A DNA stretch of 64,000 bases from assembly GCA_051294375.1 (NCBI GenBank), contig CM119266.1:9370538-9434537 (forward strand), written 5' to 3'. Both the position numbers and the translations under genes were made by a program. This DNA is from Paraspadella gotoi. Taxonomy: Eukaryota; Animalia; Chaetognatha. Numbering within the stretch: position 1 is the stretch's first letter; every line of letters begins with the position of its first letter. Below, piece after piece: positions 52,736 through 64,000 of the stretch. The notes beneath the pieces were generated by a model. It saw only the letters and a list, made by a program, of their open reading frames with translations, was not told the DNA's origin and ran no database searches.

Positions 52736-55700
52736 CACTTAATCCTTCCCGCGAGCAAGCGAGAGAAAATCCTCTTTTCCTTCACTCCCGGAAAATCGCG
52801 TTTACGACTCACGTTGATGACGCCCCTGGCGCCGGGCCGAGACGTGCGGCCGCCGCGCCGTGTTCTCTGTTCTGGGCCCGCAAATCCAGGGGAGACGAAG
52901 GTCGCCTCCAGCAGACTCATGAGCCGCTCCCTCGTCCGCGTCTGCGACAGTTGCGGCTTTTTCCATGCTGGATGTAATGTCGGTGCCGACGGTGGAGGGC
53001 GTGGCCATGGCGCCGCGCGACGACGTCGATGGACGGCCGACGGCGGCCGCCATCTCTCCGCTTCTGGAAAGTTGTCGGCTGAGGGAAGGCGGCGACGGCG
53101 GCGGCCTTTTGTTGAGCCGCTTCGCCCACGTCGGAGGGCAACTGCGAGGATTTTTATCGAGGCGAATCGATTAGAGGTGGGAGTTTTCTACATCGGATCT
53201 AGGACAAACTCGACTCTCAGTCTCGCACCTGTGAGAAAAATCGAAGGAAAAGTCCATCGTTTTTTTCCAGGGAGTTCCTTTTTGTAAATCTCGAAGTCCG
53301 GGAACGTGTGCGTGACGGACCCTCGCACGATCGAGATCTTGGCGTTGGACGATAGCGTCGAGAGTCGAGACACAACCAACTTTTGGATCTTAAAGACACT
53401 GGCGCCAATGAATGCCCTCACTGAACTTTGACACGATGCGCAAGACGTCCCCGTTAATCGACTGGGAGTTGGGAGTTGGGCGTTTTTAGACATCGCGTGA
53501 CAAACGCGGTAAGAACAAACGACTGACCTGCACTTGCACGACAGAGAAGATCCACATTTGCAGATGCAATAGATTGTCTGAAGATCGGCTGTTGAACAAA
53601 AGTCGGTCCTTGTCGAGAACTTCAGCGAGTAAGGTCATCATGGGCATGACCTCTGCAATTTTTATTATATTCAATGAATGAATGATAAAACCAAAGAACA
53701 AGTAAAGATTAAACGGTAAATGGAAGAGACAAATCTTGCCTGTTCTGCATAATTATCGTGCAAATATTTAACAACGCATTTGGCCCACTGAAGTACATCT
53801 TTTTCCGAAAGTTCCTTTCGAGTATAAATCCATAACCGCAGCTGAAAAGTTTTAAAGTGTTTATCAAAACTGATTTTGCTAACCGGCCTTTTCGTTTTAC
53901 TAGGAGGTCTACGTCGTTCTTAGAAAATCGAGGAAGACTTTTTCAATTGAGATTTCGTTTAAAATCTGACTACCAAATAATGTCAACGCCCCTGGGAAAA
54001 TTCAGGTAAAAAATAGATGTAAAAACACTCGATTCCGATTCCTGTTGCATCTGAAGGGCTCGCATTTTTTTCTCTTGACAAATAACCATCTTTTGACATA
54101 AAACATCAGATTCAAATGACTGGTCCGCTCGGAAAAATTTTTTGACGCAATTTTTATATATAAAATAAAGGGATTTCTCAACTTGCATACAATGTCAACC
54201 GCATTTACATATGTTTGTGATTTTACAATAAACTTCAAATTCAGGAATCCGATAGCCATATGTCTGAAGGGCTCTCAAAAATTTTTCTTTACATTTTATT
54301 TGGTTATTTTGATATGATACGATCATGGAAAGTGAAGTTAGTCCATTTTGGTGAAATTTTATTAAAGTAAAAAGTAAAAGACGAGCTAACAATCAGAATT
54401 CTAAGAGTTTTCAACCGGGAGTCAGATTCGGGAAAAATCTTCTATGGAGAAAATCTTCCAAAGAAGGGTCAATTTTCCAAATATTTTTGGTTAATATTTT
54501 CTATATTTATGGTAGGATTTTTTTGATACTAATATTAACAATATGCCATCATTCTACCTTGGCCGGTATAAGAATATATTAAAAAAAACCTCTGGCTTTG
54601 TTCGTCAGAGCTTAGTCCTATTTTACCCAAGTTGGCTAAATTGGAGCTTCCATCCAGACAGATTTCGTAATGGCTATAGCGGCATTGATGCAAATATAGT
54701 GATGATTATCGTAATGATACATCATGGTAAGGTAGAAGGGCAATGACATTAAGGTGGAAAACACGAGACGTTCCGGTGCCGTTCTAATATAGAAAGAAAA
54801 CAAGTTTTAGCAAAAACAATGTCGGACTTGCCCTAGATAATTAAGCATTAATAAGCTATCTGATGATAAATTCACGGTTAATATTGACTGACTTTTCAAT
54901 TTTGATCTTAACGGGATCATTAACAAATCTTAATATAAACAAATGAAACAGACTTTTAATAAATCTTATTGAAAAAATCTTATAAATCAATTGGATTCTA
55001 TCAATCATTACCAGAAGCTGCAGCCAATTACCAACTTTCATAATATTGTAACTTGCATTAATTTTGATTTTTTTTTTTTTTTTTTCAAAAAAAAAACTTT
55101 TGGCATAATTGTTCAACTTGGCATTTAATTGTTCAACAGGCATAATTTGGTCAATCAATCAGAAAAGAGATAGAGGGAAACATTTAAAAATTCAAATAAA
55201 TGTATCTTTTGTTTTCCTAACTTAAAACTCTTTTCCATTCCTACGATTCCATCAAAAATTGTATATTAAAGATTATCACCTACTTTCCTACCCACAACAA
55301 AATTTCATTCAATTTAACTATCCAATTTTTAATCAAATAATACATAATTATGAGTAACTATAAGTAAAAATACTTAAGTAAATATGACTTTTGTTTTTTT
55401 CCCATTTAAACTAATTTCACTCGCACGATTTCCATTGAACTTATATTCCAGCTCAATACACACTTTCCTACCCACACAAAATTCATAGCAATCCATCCAT
55501 CCAATCAAAACGAAGAAATTGGAGTTTAAATAAGGTAGGACAGACCTACAGACAACTACCAACGGACAAGGACAACATTTTTTTGGCATAATTATCATAA
55601 TTCGATTTCTGATATGATATAAATTATTTGACCGACAAGATTTTGGAGTGAGACCAACGGACCGACAAAAGTGAATGTATTACCAATATACAAGTAAGCA

Positions 55701-57690
55701 AGAACAAGGTAAAAACTAGAGTTCTGTCATTATAAATAACGTTAGAGCATCACCTGTGGCGATAACGAAATTTTTTAAAAAATTAGATTTATGTATAGTT
55801 AATAACATAGAGCATTTAAAGTTACCATATTACTATAAATCATGAAAACTTGAAATTCAAAATTCAGAAATTTTTTAAAAACGGATTCGGTATTAAGCTT
55901 GAAAAAAAAATATTATTACAAGAAATTGTTAATATCTACAAGAATTCCAATTTTTATGTTTTATTGTTAAAATTAGCAAAACTATTAGCAAAAACAAAAA
56001 AACTATTAACCCAAAAATTTATGTATGATGATGATGATGATTTAAAGGTTTTTCCTTATTTGACCCACTTATCATCGAAATATTGAAAAACGCATTATTA
56101 CTTGAGTAAACAACTTTTTATGGGCATCTGAAATCTGTTCATTTAAAAATAACATTTTTACAAAAAAAAAAAATTTCATTGCCTATGCATTTATAAATAT
56201 TTAAATACTTCAATTTTATACTGTGCTTCACTAGTTATAAAAGTGATAGTAAATATTGATTAAGTATATGTTGGGACAAATGACATTTGTTATGATAGAA
56301 CTTCTAAGATAAAAAAGGGATCAAATTTAACCCGCCTTAATATACAGTCGAGTCGGAATCAGCGATAAGCAGATCCGACTAAAAACTGAAAATGTCGCGA
56401 ACTGCCCCAGTAGGCGTAGTAAAAATTTCTTAAATTAACTTTAATTAAAATTTTAAAAGTAAGGAAATGAACAAATTATACTAATAAACATTTATGCTAA
56501 TAATAAACATTTATAATAAATTTTACAATTTACGCAGTAGGCCATATTTATACTAGTACTAATCAAATAAATATTAAAATTATTAAAACAGTTTTTTTTT
56601 AAAAATTTTTGCAGATTTGGAATATCGTCATAAAAAGTGATAAAAAGAAATATAACTCTTTTTGAAAAATTTCCTTCATAGAAGTGGGTCAAAAATTAAA
56701 AAAGCTATAATTTTAACTGAAAAATTAACCTTTTTATATAGTAAAATATAAGTTTTTTAATTTTTTAACCCACTTAATGAAAGAATTTATTAAAAATGAT
56801 TTATATTTTCTTTACACAACTTTTTTGACGAGGAATTCAAATCTGCAATCAAAATTAAGAAAAGCATATTGAAAATGTTACGATTTTTGTAAGGATAAGT
56901 ACTATTATAATAAATATAAAGCCCCTACTGAAGAAAATTAAAACATCATTGAAATAATTTTTTTTACATATTAATATCACTTGAGTATAATTGACATTTA
57001 GAAATTTCGTATGTAACTTTTATACGCCTTTACTGCCCAGTGCAAAGATAATTTAACAATCAGAGGATTATCATAATAAAGTTTATAAATATTTTTTATT
57101 CATAATAAAATTAAAATAATGAAATGGTTTGAAAATTATTGTTAGTTTCTATGTATAGTTTCGCATTTTATTTGTTTTTGGCCATTAAATTTGACCTTTT
57201 ACCGACTGGGTTAGGCGGAGTTTTAGTTGATTTAAAAATAATTTAAGGCGTAGTTTAGGGGTGAGGTATGGTTTAAAGTTAGGGGTAGTTTAGGGTTTAG
57301 AGGGGTTAAGGTAGTTTATTCTAATAATAAAATTTACTTAAAGTTTTTTAACAAATTAAAGTAATAAAGTTTAATTTATACAGTAAGCAACAAATCGTAG
57401 GAAATATCGTACAACAACCTGTCATGATTTGTGCTGGCGCCGGCCGTTACCGGCCATAAACAACGAAACAATTACAATACTGGTTTGTAAAGCCTTAGCA
57501 ATAAAATGTATAGTAGGCTCAAAAGTCGAAGGCGAGGTGCATCCCTTTAAAACCATCGCTTGCAATTCCCGGGAAGTGGTCATTTCATCTGAAAAAAAAT
57601 ATTTTCATTCTTTTTTAAAGACAAAACAAACACTTTTTTTAAAAAGATTAACGTAAGTCGAAATTCGCCAGACCTCTTCTCTGTAAAGTC
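42467..57690 (-). CDS. fry: Furry homolog (FRY/FRYL/SAX-2/Tao3 family), C-terminal portion, >15 exons, many indel errors; 5' part absent from window
   Basis: Colinear motifs matching remembered FRY/FRYL sequence: FPGLQAMVLKGCTS (~57560), FHLNVIALLP...EICLDGSSNLANL (54785-54610), WAKCVVKYLHDNY/MTLLAEVLDK (53800-53610), KLVVSR and ELPGK(T)MDFSFDF (53390-53240), WKKPQLSQTRTRERLMSLL (52960-52910), QFKIFRDFDFLDIELE...FNWG..RRRSL (51925-51810), EDTWRRHV..FSRLYK (46450-46310), ECPYAFVDA..LLERHKFLVLEI (46000-45900), LCKCLYKLHFQLLLLFQ (44470-44418), RSAWPEEEFG (~43000), LTEVSRRLLDVN (~42520). Confidence 0.93.
50711..50755 (-). ncRNA. Minimal type-I hammerhead ribozyme motif (Penelope-type), slightly degenerate
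   Basis: Minus strand AAGUG-CUGAGGA-A-GGCUU-gcacua-AAGUC-GAAA-CAUU-UC-CUACUU: intact core boxes, 5-bp stem II, imperfect stems I and III. Confidence 0.62.
54807..56385 (-). mobile_element. Second Helentron-type non-autonomous element of the same family, in a Furry intron
   Basis: aaaacaagttttagcaaaaacaatgtcggac at the left end, agtcggaatcagcgataagcagatccgactaaaaa at the right end; same core units (cactttcctacccacacaaaatt) at 55230-55510. Confidence 0.68.
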
Positions 57691-58200
57691 GGAAATGGAA
57701 TTTGAATATTGAATTAAAAAAAAACAATAACTTCATTGTTGAAAAACTTAATCATCTAAAGATTTGATTCGAGTCCCATCGTATTAATCGAATGAGACCT
57801 CCTGGTTTTGAAGATTAAAATCAAATTTGTAAGAAAAAACCGAGCTTGTTTTGATTTATAACCTCAAGCAAAGGATGAAAATTTTTTTTTCTCTAAGGCT
57901 AACTTTAACATAAAAAAAAAAATGTTACTTCGACTCGAATCTCGAGCATCAGTGAAAATCTTTTCAACTTGCTCGTTTATTCTCCGCTCGGTCAACCGCA
58001 GAATTGAAAACTACCGTCGCAAAAAACCCAATCGAAATTTCACCACCAACAGCCAATAGAAAAAATAAAACTTCATCAGAATTTATTTTTTTTCGATCGA
58101 ATTCGAGGAATATTTGCGTGTCCGACTCGAATAATTTCCACCCGATTGGATTATCGATGAATAAAAACATAACGTCGCCTTTTGTACGTGAATCCCTCAG

Positions 58201-58990
58201 CGCAATTGTTGACGCAGAGGCGTTTCCCTCCGAGGAAGGGCGGCGCGCAGGGTGATCATGGGAAGCTGAAAAAATCTTTTACAACAAGCTGGAGGGTAAG
58301 GAAGAGAGGCCAATAACTAGGAAAGATTTAAATTAAAAGGAAGGAAGAAAAAATAAACTAGAATCATAATCGATCGTTGCAACGTCTTTCTCATGCCCCA
58401 AAATCGGTGTTTAACCCCAGGGGAGGGCATACACGCCAGCTGCGATATGCTTCCGAAGCAGCTCAACAACACGTGCGGGCCGTGCCTTACATGCAGGGAC
58501 TCGACATGGCGTATTAAGTCTGCATATGAGTTTGTTTAAATGTCGGAAGATGGAGAAACAAATCACAGAGGCGGCCAAGCAATTTTCTTTAACTGATCGA
58601 GTCGTCGCCCACCAAAAAAAGCGAGGGATTATGGGAAAGCTAAAAAAGCTTTACAAGTTCATTGACTGCGTAAGCGAGGTACAGAAAAAGGTTTGAATTT
58701 AATTAAATTAACAGTTGGTTACTAGTTATTATTTTCCTACTTCTTTTCAAAACCTTTCATTAATGGATTATTATTTATCTTCCACTGTATATCTAACCCC
58801 AGGAGATGGCGTGCATGCAGCTGCAAGATGCTGCCGAACAGCTCGACAGCATCGTTTCCGCGTGCCTAACTTGCACGGACTCGACGTGGCGTTATTACAT
58901 GTTTGGTTTGGGTCTGCTCAAGTTGTCGGAAGACAAGAATACCAAGTCAAGGGTGGTGGAGCTAATGCTTTACGCCAGCATCACATCTCT
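58201..58990 (+). CDS. Fragment of an unknown gene with tandemly duplicated exons (58201-58295, 58421-58669, 58803-~58990)
   Basis: Donors gtaagg and gtaagc; both later exons start after taaccccag; paralogous peptides EQLNNTCGPCLTCRDSTWR and EQLDSIVSACLTCTDSTWR. Over the CLTC..WR core 3 of 4 differences are synonymous third positions. Truncated at the 58996 junction. Confidence 0.6.
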
Positions 58991-58995
58991 CTCCT

Positions 58996-59210
58996 TTCCG
59001 GTTCTCACGCTTCTTCGCGTTGATCGATACCGACTCGCCGACGGAATCGAGATCGGCGACTATTTCCAGTTAAACTTATATTCCCATTTCTTTCTCTCTC
59101 TCTCTTTCTCTCTCTTGATTTCTAACCAAGATGCGACTCGATAAAAAGAGCTTGGAAAGAAGAAAGAAGAAAGAAGAAAGAGAAAGAAAGAAAGAACTGA
59201 AGAAGAAAAA

Positions 59211-59246
<36 letters not shown>

Positions 59247-59971
59247 GACTGAGACTATACCAAAAAGAGATGGATTTATTCGTATCAGAATTTTTACTCT
59301 GTCTCTATGGAGATTCCGAAAGATAATAATAAAAAAAAAATTAACCGTTATCTAAATTCAAATTTCTTTTTTTTTTTTCAGTGTGACTAAGCGAAGAAAA
59401 AAAACAACTGAAAAAATTTGTCTCAATTAATGAAGCCGTTTTTTAATCTCTTGTTAGCTTATTGAATGAATGAAGAAAACGCAATAATGATTTTTTTTAT
59501 TTCGGTACAAATAAGTTGGCATCATAATTAAATATGAAAGTTTATTTTAAAAAGTTTTATTTTAAAAAGTGTAGTTTTAAATTTTATATATATATTGATG
59601 TATATTTCGTGGATATCAACGAACCTCTCCAGCACTTGTCTCGTGTGTTCTCTCCTGAGCAGCAGCGTCTCAAAGACTTCGTGGATTTCCAAAACGAGGA
59701 ACTTGTGTCTCTCGAGGAGATCGCAGGCGATCAACGACGCCGCATCCACGAAGGCGTAGGGGCACTCGGCCTGCGAGGTCAGCAGCCCAAGCATGTTGAG
59801 GATCTGAGTTGAGACCGGACGCAGTGATTCCTACAAAAGCGTCAAAACAAAATTTTAAACCAATAATTCAATGGTGAAAAATAAAATTTCATTTCCCCCA
59901 GATAAGTCGGAGTCTACTCTGGCGTAAAAACCAAAGATAAACAAAAACTTGGTTAAAAAAACCGCGTCTGC

Positions 59972-60032
<61 letters not shown>

Positions 60033-63000
60033 GCCCACGCTTCGACTCTCGCCTCGGTAGTCAGGTATTGGCAGGCCTCTCTCGTCAGATTAGCACAGGA
60101 GCGACGAATCTCTTTGTAGAGGCGCGAGAAAAAATAGAAGGAATGCACGGCGTGTTGGCAAGTGGCGTCCCCCATGATCGCCATAACGTGACGGCGCCAA
60201 GTGTCCTCGATCGCGCCGCCTGTTGCGGGGGGTGGTGGTGAAGGAGAAATAGGAGAAAGAGAAAAAAAAGGAAAAGAAAAGGAAGAAAAAGACGAAAGAA
60301 TAGACGAGCACGCGCATGCGCCATGAGTTCGTTCCACGCAAACGCTATTGTTGCGTTTTTGAATTCGACCTGACAGTCGCGTCGATGAAAGAACGCGAAA
60401 TTTCCACCAGGAAATAACCGAAGCGAAAAATGGATTCTTTTTCTCTTGAATATTTTATTATAGTCGCTTAATTGCTACTAGATTTTTTCCTTTTTACGTA
60501 AATTGATTTTCACGCAATTTTTTTTTTTCATCCTTTTCACTTTTATCCAGTCAATTGGTAATCACAGTGGAACTGAACGCATGACACAAGACTGTGAGAA
60601 GGTTATGTGATTATTTTGAAAGGTGGATGGAGTCCTTAAGCTTTGCCCACGGAAGTCAGTATAATAAATAAATGATTGAATAATTTTATATTGATTGCAC
60701 CAATTTCATAATTGATTATTGTTCTTCGAACACGCATATTAGGTTATCAACCTTTAATGGCAGCGATTCCTCTCGAAAACCTGACGATATTTTAAAAATC
60801 TCTCGGGAGAAGAGAAATTGAAAGAAATAAAAGAATTTTTCTTCCGCTCACTTTGCAACGGAATGTAGGCCGACATGAAGTTGTCGGTCGCCAGATGCTC
60901 CTCCTCGAGGCGAGCGTCTTCCTCCTCGTCGTCGTCGTCGTCGTCGAAGGGGGGAGGTGGTTGCGTGGGCGGAGCCGAGGGGGAAACGGGTTTCGCTTCC
61001 GGGGAAGACGGTGGCGCTGATTTAATGGAAGTCGACGCTGCGCAAACGAGGGAGGCGGGGAAAGTGAGAGAGAGAGAGAGAAATAAATAAATAAATAAAT
61101 AAAAGAAGGCCTCTTTGCAACGCTGCTGTCTCGGAGCCTCTTAGTCGCTAAGAAAAAAAAGACTTCAAGATTGGCGAAAGAGCCTCTTTCGTAAAGAAAG
61201 TGACACATCGAAAAGATAAAGCGCGTCGTAGAACTTCCTATAAAAAAAGAAACAAAAAACCAGAAGTAGACTTAAAAAAGAAAAGTGATTGATTTGCAGA
61301 GAGAGAGAGAGAGCGCGAGGAAATTGCGTCGACGCCATTCGCATCGTTTTACGTTTTTACCTAATCCACACACCTCGCTCTCCCTCACACACCTCGATTT
61401 TCTCCTCAACCATTTTTTTCCCGCGGAAATATTTTCGAGAAGGGATCATGAATAATGTCTTTTTTTTTAAAGATAAAAAGTTTTTTTTGGGTTTTCCTCT
61501 CTTTTCTCCATCACGCCCACACGCGTTTCTCACCGTTAGCAACGACGGAAGCGACGGCATCTGTCTCCATTTCCGCGTCGCTAGGAACCGAGGTGGAGGA
61601 ACTGGAGATCGAGGGCGTGCGCTTCGCTCGGCACGACAGCACGTCCATCTTGCGCGAGCCTGCCGAGCAAAGGAGAAGGAGAAAGAGGGGGCGGAGTGGG
61701 GTTAGAACAAGGGTGTAAGGCGGGGGGGAGGGAGAAATCACTCGCCTCCCAGTGTTTATAACCGAAAATGAATAAAAGATTAGACGACGGAAAAGAACAA
61801 AAAACCCTGGCCTTTTTTTCCACCCACTTTTCTTTTTTCCTAGAGTTTATGATGATGTACGCGCGAGAATGTTCGCGGAGAATTCACCCAAGACAATCTC
61901 GAAACCAAGCTCTCTATGTCTCTATCTGTCGACGAATCCATAAATATAAAAGAACGGCGCGCCGTGTTTTTGTTTGTTCCTGTCAACATCGCGTTATTTA
62001 TTCTCTTCTTCTTTATTTATCGTCAAAGTCAGGCCTCTCTCCCTTATTTTTCTCCCTCAGACATATTTTCTGACATCTACTACATTAATAGCAGTTTTTT
62101 TCTTTCTCTCACTCTCTCACTCACTCACTCACTCACTCTCGACGTAAAAAAGTCTAGGCAAGGAGAGGCGGGTAGAGATTGGACGACGCCGTCTTGACAA
62201 GCCAAGAATTGAACGAAAAAGAAAACAAGACGAAAACGAAGAATACAATAGAAAAAGAAAAAGGCAGTCAAGAAAAAAAGAGAGAGAGAAAGAGAGAGAG
62301 CGCGCTCCTTATTTATCGATCGAAGTGCCCTATGGAGACGCCTATCGCGACGTCAACTCTCCCCGCCCTCGCCATGTCATCGGGGCTTAAAATCGCATCA
62401 AGACGGAAATAGAGAGAACCATCCATCCATCTTTGACCAGCGACCGAAGGCGAGAGATCGATACTTTTTTTTTGTGCTTTCCTTCAACTTTCCCTCCCCT
62501 ATCGCCTCTCCCACCCCTCCCTTACTCCTCAGCGGATCGTCGTCCTCGTCTTCTTCCTCTTCCTCGTCGTCTTCCCGCTCCTCGGCGGGGTCTTCTTGAG
62601 GACCCAAGTCCGTGTCGACGTCCGAGGGTGGCTCGATCGAGCTGCAAGTCTCTTCCACCTGACTCTCGATCATCGAGGAGACTGGCGGCGCATGCGCGGT
62701 TCCCGAGCTACGGTCTCCGACGGCCGAGCCCGGCTTCGAAATGCTTCCGCGCTTGAAAGCTAAAGAGAAAAGGGAAAAAATAGAGAGAAGGAAAGAAGCC
62801 TTTTAGTACAACGAGGTCCAGCTTTAATGAGATTAACTAAGTGCCTACAGCACAAAAACGGTTTATGATAGAAGAAAAGCGAGATTATATACATACTATA
62901 TATATATTTTGAAACTAAGCTATTTTTTTTTCAATCGATATTAAAAATGTCTTAAAAATTCAGCATGTCATATTTCGTCGTTCCTTTACTAAAATTTGTA

Positions 63001-64000
63001 AAATTTTGGCGAAAATTAAAATGAAGGATGATGAATCCCGACTTTTGACCGCGCAGCTTTTCTGACTGCAATCCCCCTGATTAATGAAAATTGTAGTATA
63101 GAGAAGCAGGATGTCCCATGCATCTGCCTTCTCTGGACACTTGGAGTAGGTCATGGTTGACGAAGGTAAATTTTTTGAAAGATTGTTTTGCAGAGGAGGA
63201 TTTAGCCTGCCGTCCAATCCTCCTCTTCCTCTTCTTCTTCTTTCATCCTCCTCCTGCCCCTCAGTATATTTTGTCTTGCGATACATACTCTCGTTTTTAC
63301 TCTTCGCGAAATATACCATTATTTTTCCCTCTATTTCTTCACGCCTTCAATACCCCTCAAGTTTTGTAATGACAATTTTTTATCTGAGTACCAATTTTTA
63401 TTCCATTATTTTTTTTTATTTACCCGTCTAAAAATTTTTTTAAAATTTAGTCCCAAAAAAGCTGGACCTCTCTGTAGATAAATTACGCAAGAGCGCCAAT
63501 GAATTTAAAAACAAGGAGGAAAAGAAAAAGGAGAAAAAGAAAAAGGAGAAAAAGAAAAAGGAGGAAAAGAAAAAAAGGAGAAAAAGAAAAAGGAGGAAAG
63601 AAAGAAAAAGGAGAAAAGAAAAAAAAAAGGAGAGAAAAGAAAAAGGAGGAAAAGAAAAAGGAAAATAAAAAGGAAGGAAAGAAAAAGGAGGAAAAGAAAA
63701 AGGAGGAAAGAAAAAGGAGGAAAAGAAAAAGGAGGAATAGAAAAAGGAGGAATAGAAAAAGGAGGAATAGAAAAAGGAGGAATAGAAAAAGGAGGAAAAG
63801 AAAAAAAAACCGGTCGCCTGTTTTCTCCTTTTTCTCTTTTATCTCCAAGGAAATCCCTGACCGATCCCCATCCTCACTAGGGTGGAGTGAATGTTTGGAA
63901 TCAAAATTTAGCAGATATATCTTGAAAACTATAATATTAGTGGATACTAATCTGTAGTTTTTTTTTTTAGAAATATAATAGCCCAATCAGCTTATTTTAT
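58996..64000 (-). repeat. Second copy of 45271-50232, including several Furry exons; probable haplotig/assembly duplication
   Basis: Near-identical sequence starts at ttccggttctcacgcttcttcgcg (45271 and 58996) and runs to the window end; differences are mostly 1-bp indels and microsatellite lengths. Confidence 0.93.

Noticed and set aside
53740-54190. Apparent BTB-like motif (LPRFSKNDVDLL / LRLWIYT)
   Set aside because: The correct frame of the 53842 exon reads AAVMDLYSKGTFG, continuing Furry in phase with the 54785-54610 exon; 53845-54600 is intron.
57245-57315. Telomere-like ttaggg words
   Set aside because: Short, degenerate and interstitial; not a telomeric array.
58806-59144. 112-aa ORF as one protein
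   Set aside because: It reads across the 58996 junction into antisense Furry sequence; only the part before the junction is credible.

Overview
AT-rich eukaryotic (invertebrate-animal-like) draft-assembly DNA with short spliceosomal introns, N-gaps, abundant (CT)n/(GTC)n microsatellites and many single-base indels. Four genes can be reconstructed by hand from splice sites and reading-frame phase: (1) a highly divergent Cys-loop cation-channel subunit (-, 1498-4826); (2) head-to-head with it, a TPR + Nab2-type CCCH zinc-finger protein (+, 5932-7505); (3) a small TM2-domain membrane protein (+, 36399-37678); (4) the 3' part of a Furry/FRY homolog (-, ~39220-57690), whose 5' part is not in the window. 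There are also an orphan signal-peptide/Cys-rich exon and a duplicated-exon fragment with a CLTCxDSTWR motif. Repeats include two Helentron-type (DINE-1/HINE-like) non-autonomous elements, an AT-rich foldback family carrying Penelope-type minimal hammerhead motifs, a ~324-bp tandem repeat resembling a Penelope 3' end, tRNA-like SINE heads and minisatellites. About 18 kb lies in near-identical segmental copies (20.8-33.9 kb in three copies; 45.3-50.2 kb repeated at 59.0-64.0 kb) that look like assembly artefacts. The most interesting signals are the channel lacking the acetylcholine-binding cage, the hammerhead-bearing foldbacks and repeated GC-donor / A-rich-acceptor introns. No searches were run; family comparisons are from remembered motifs.
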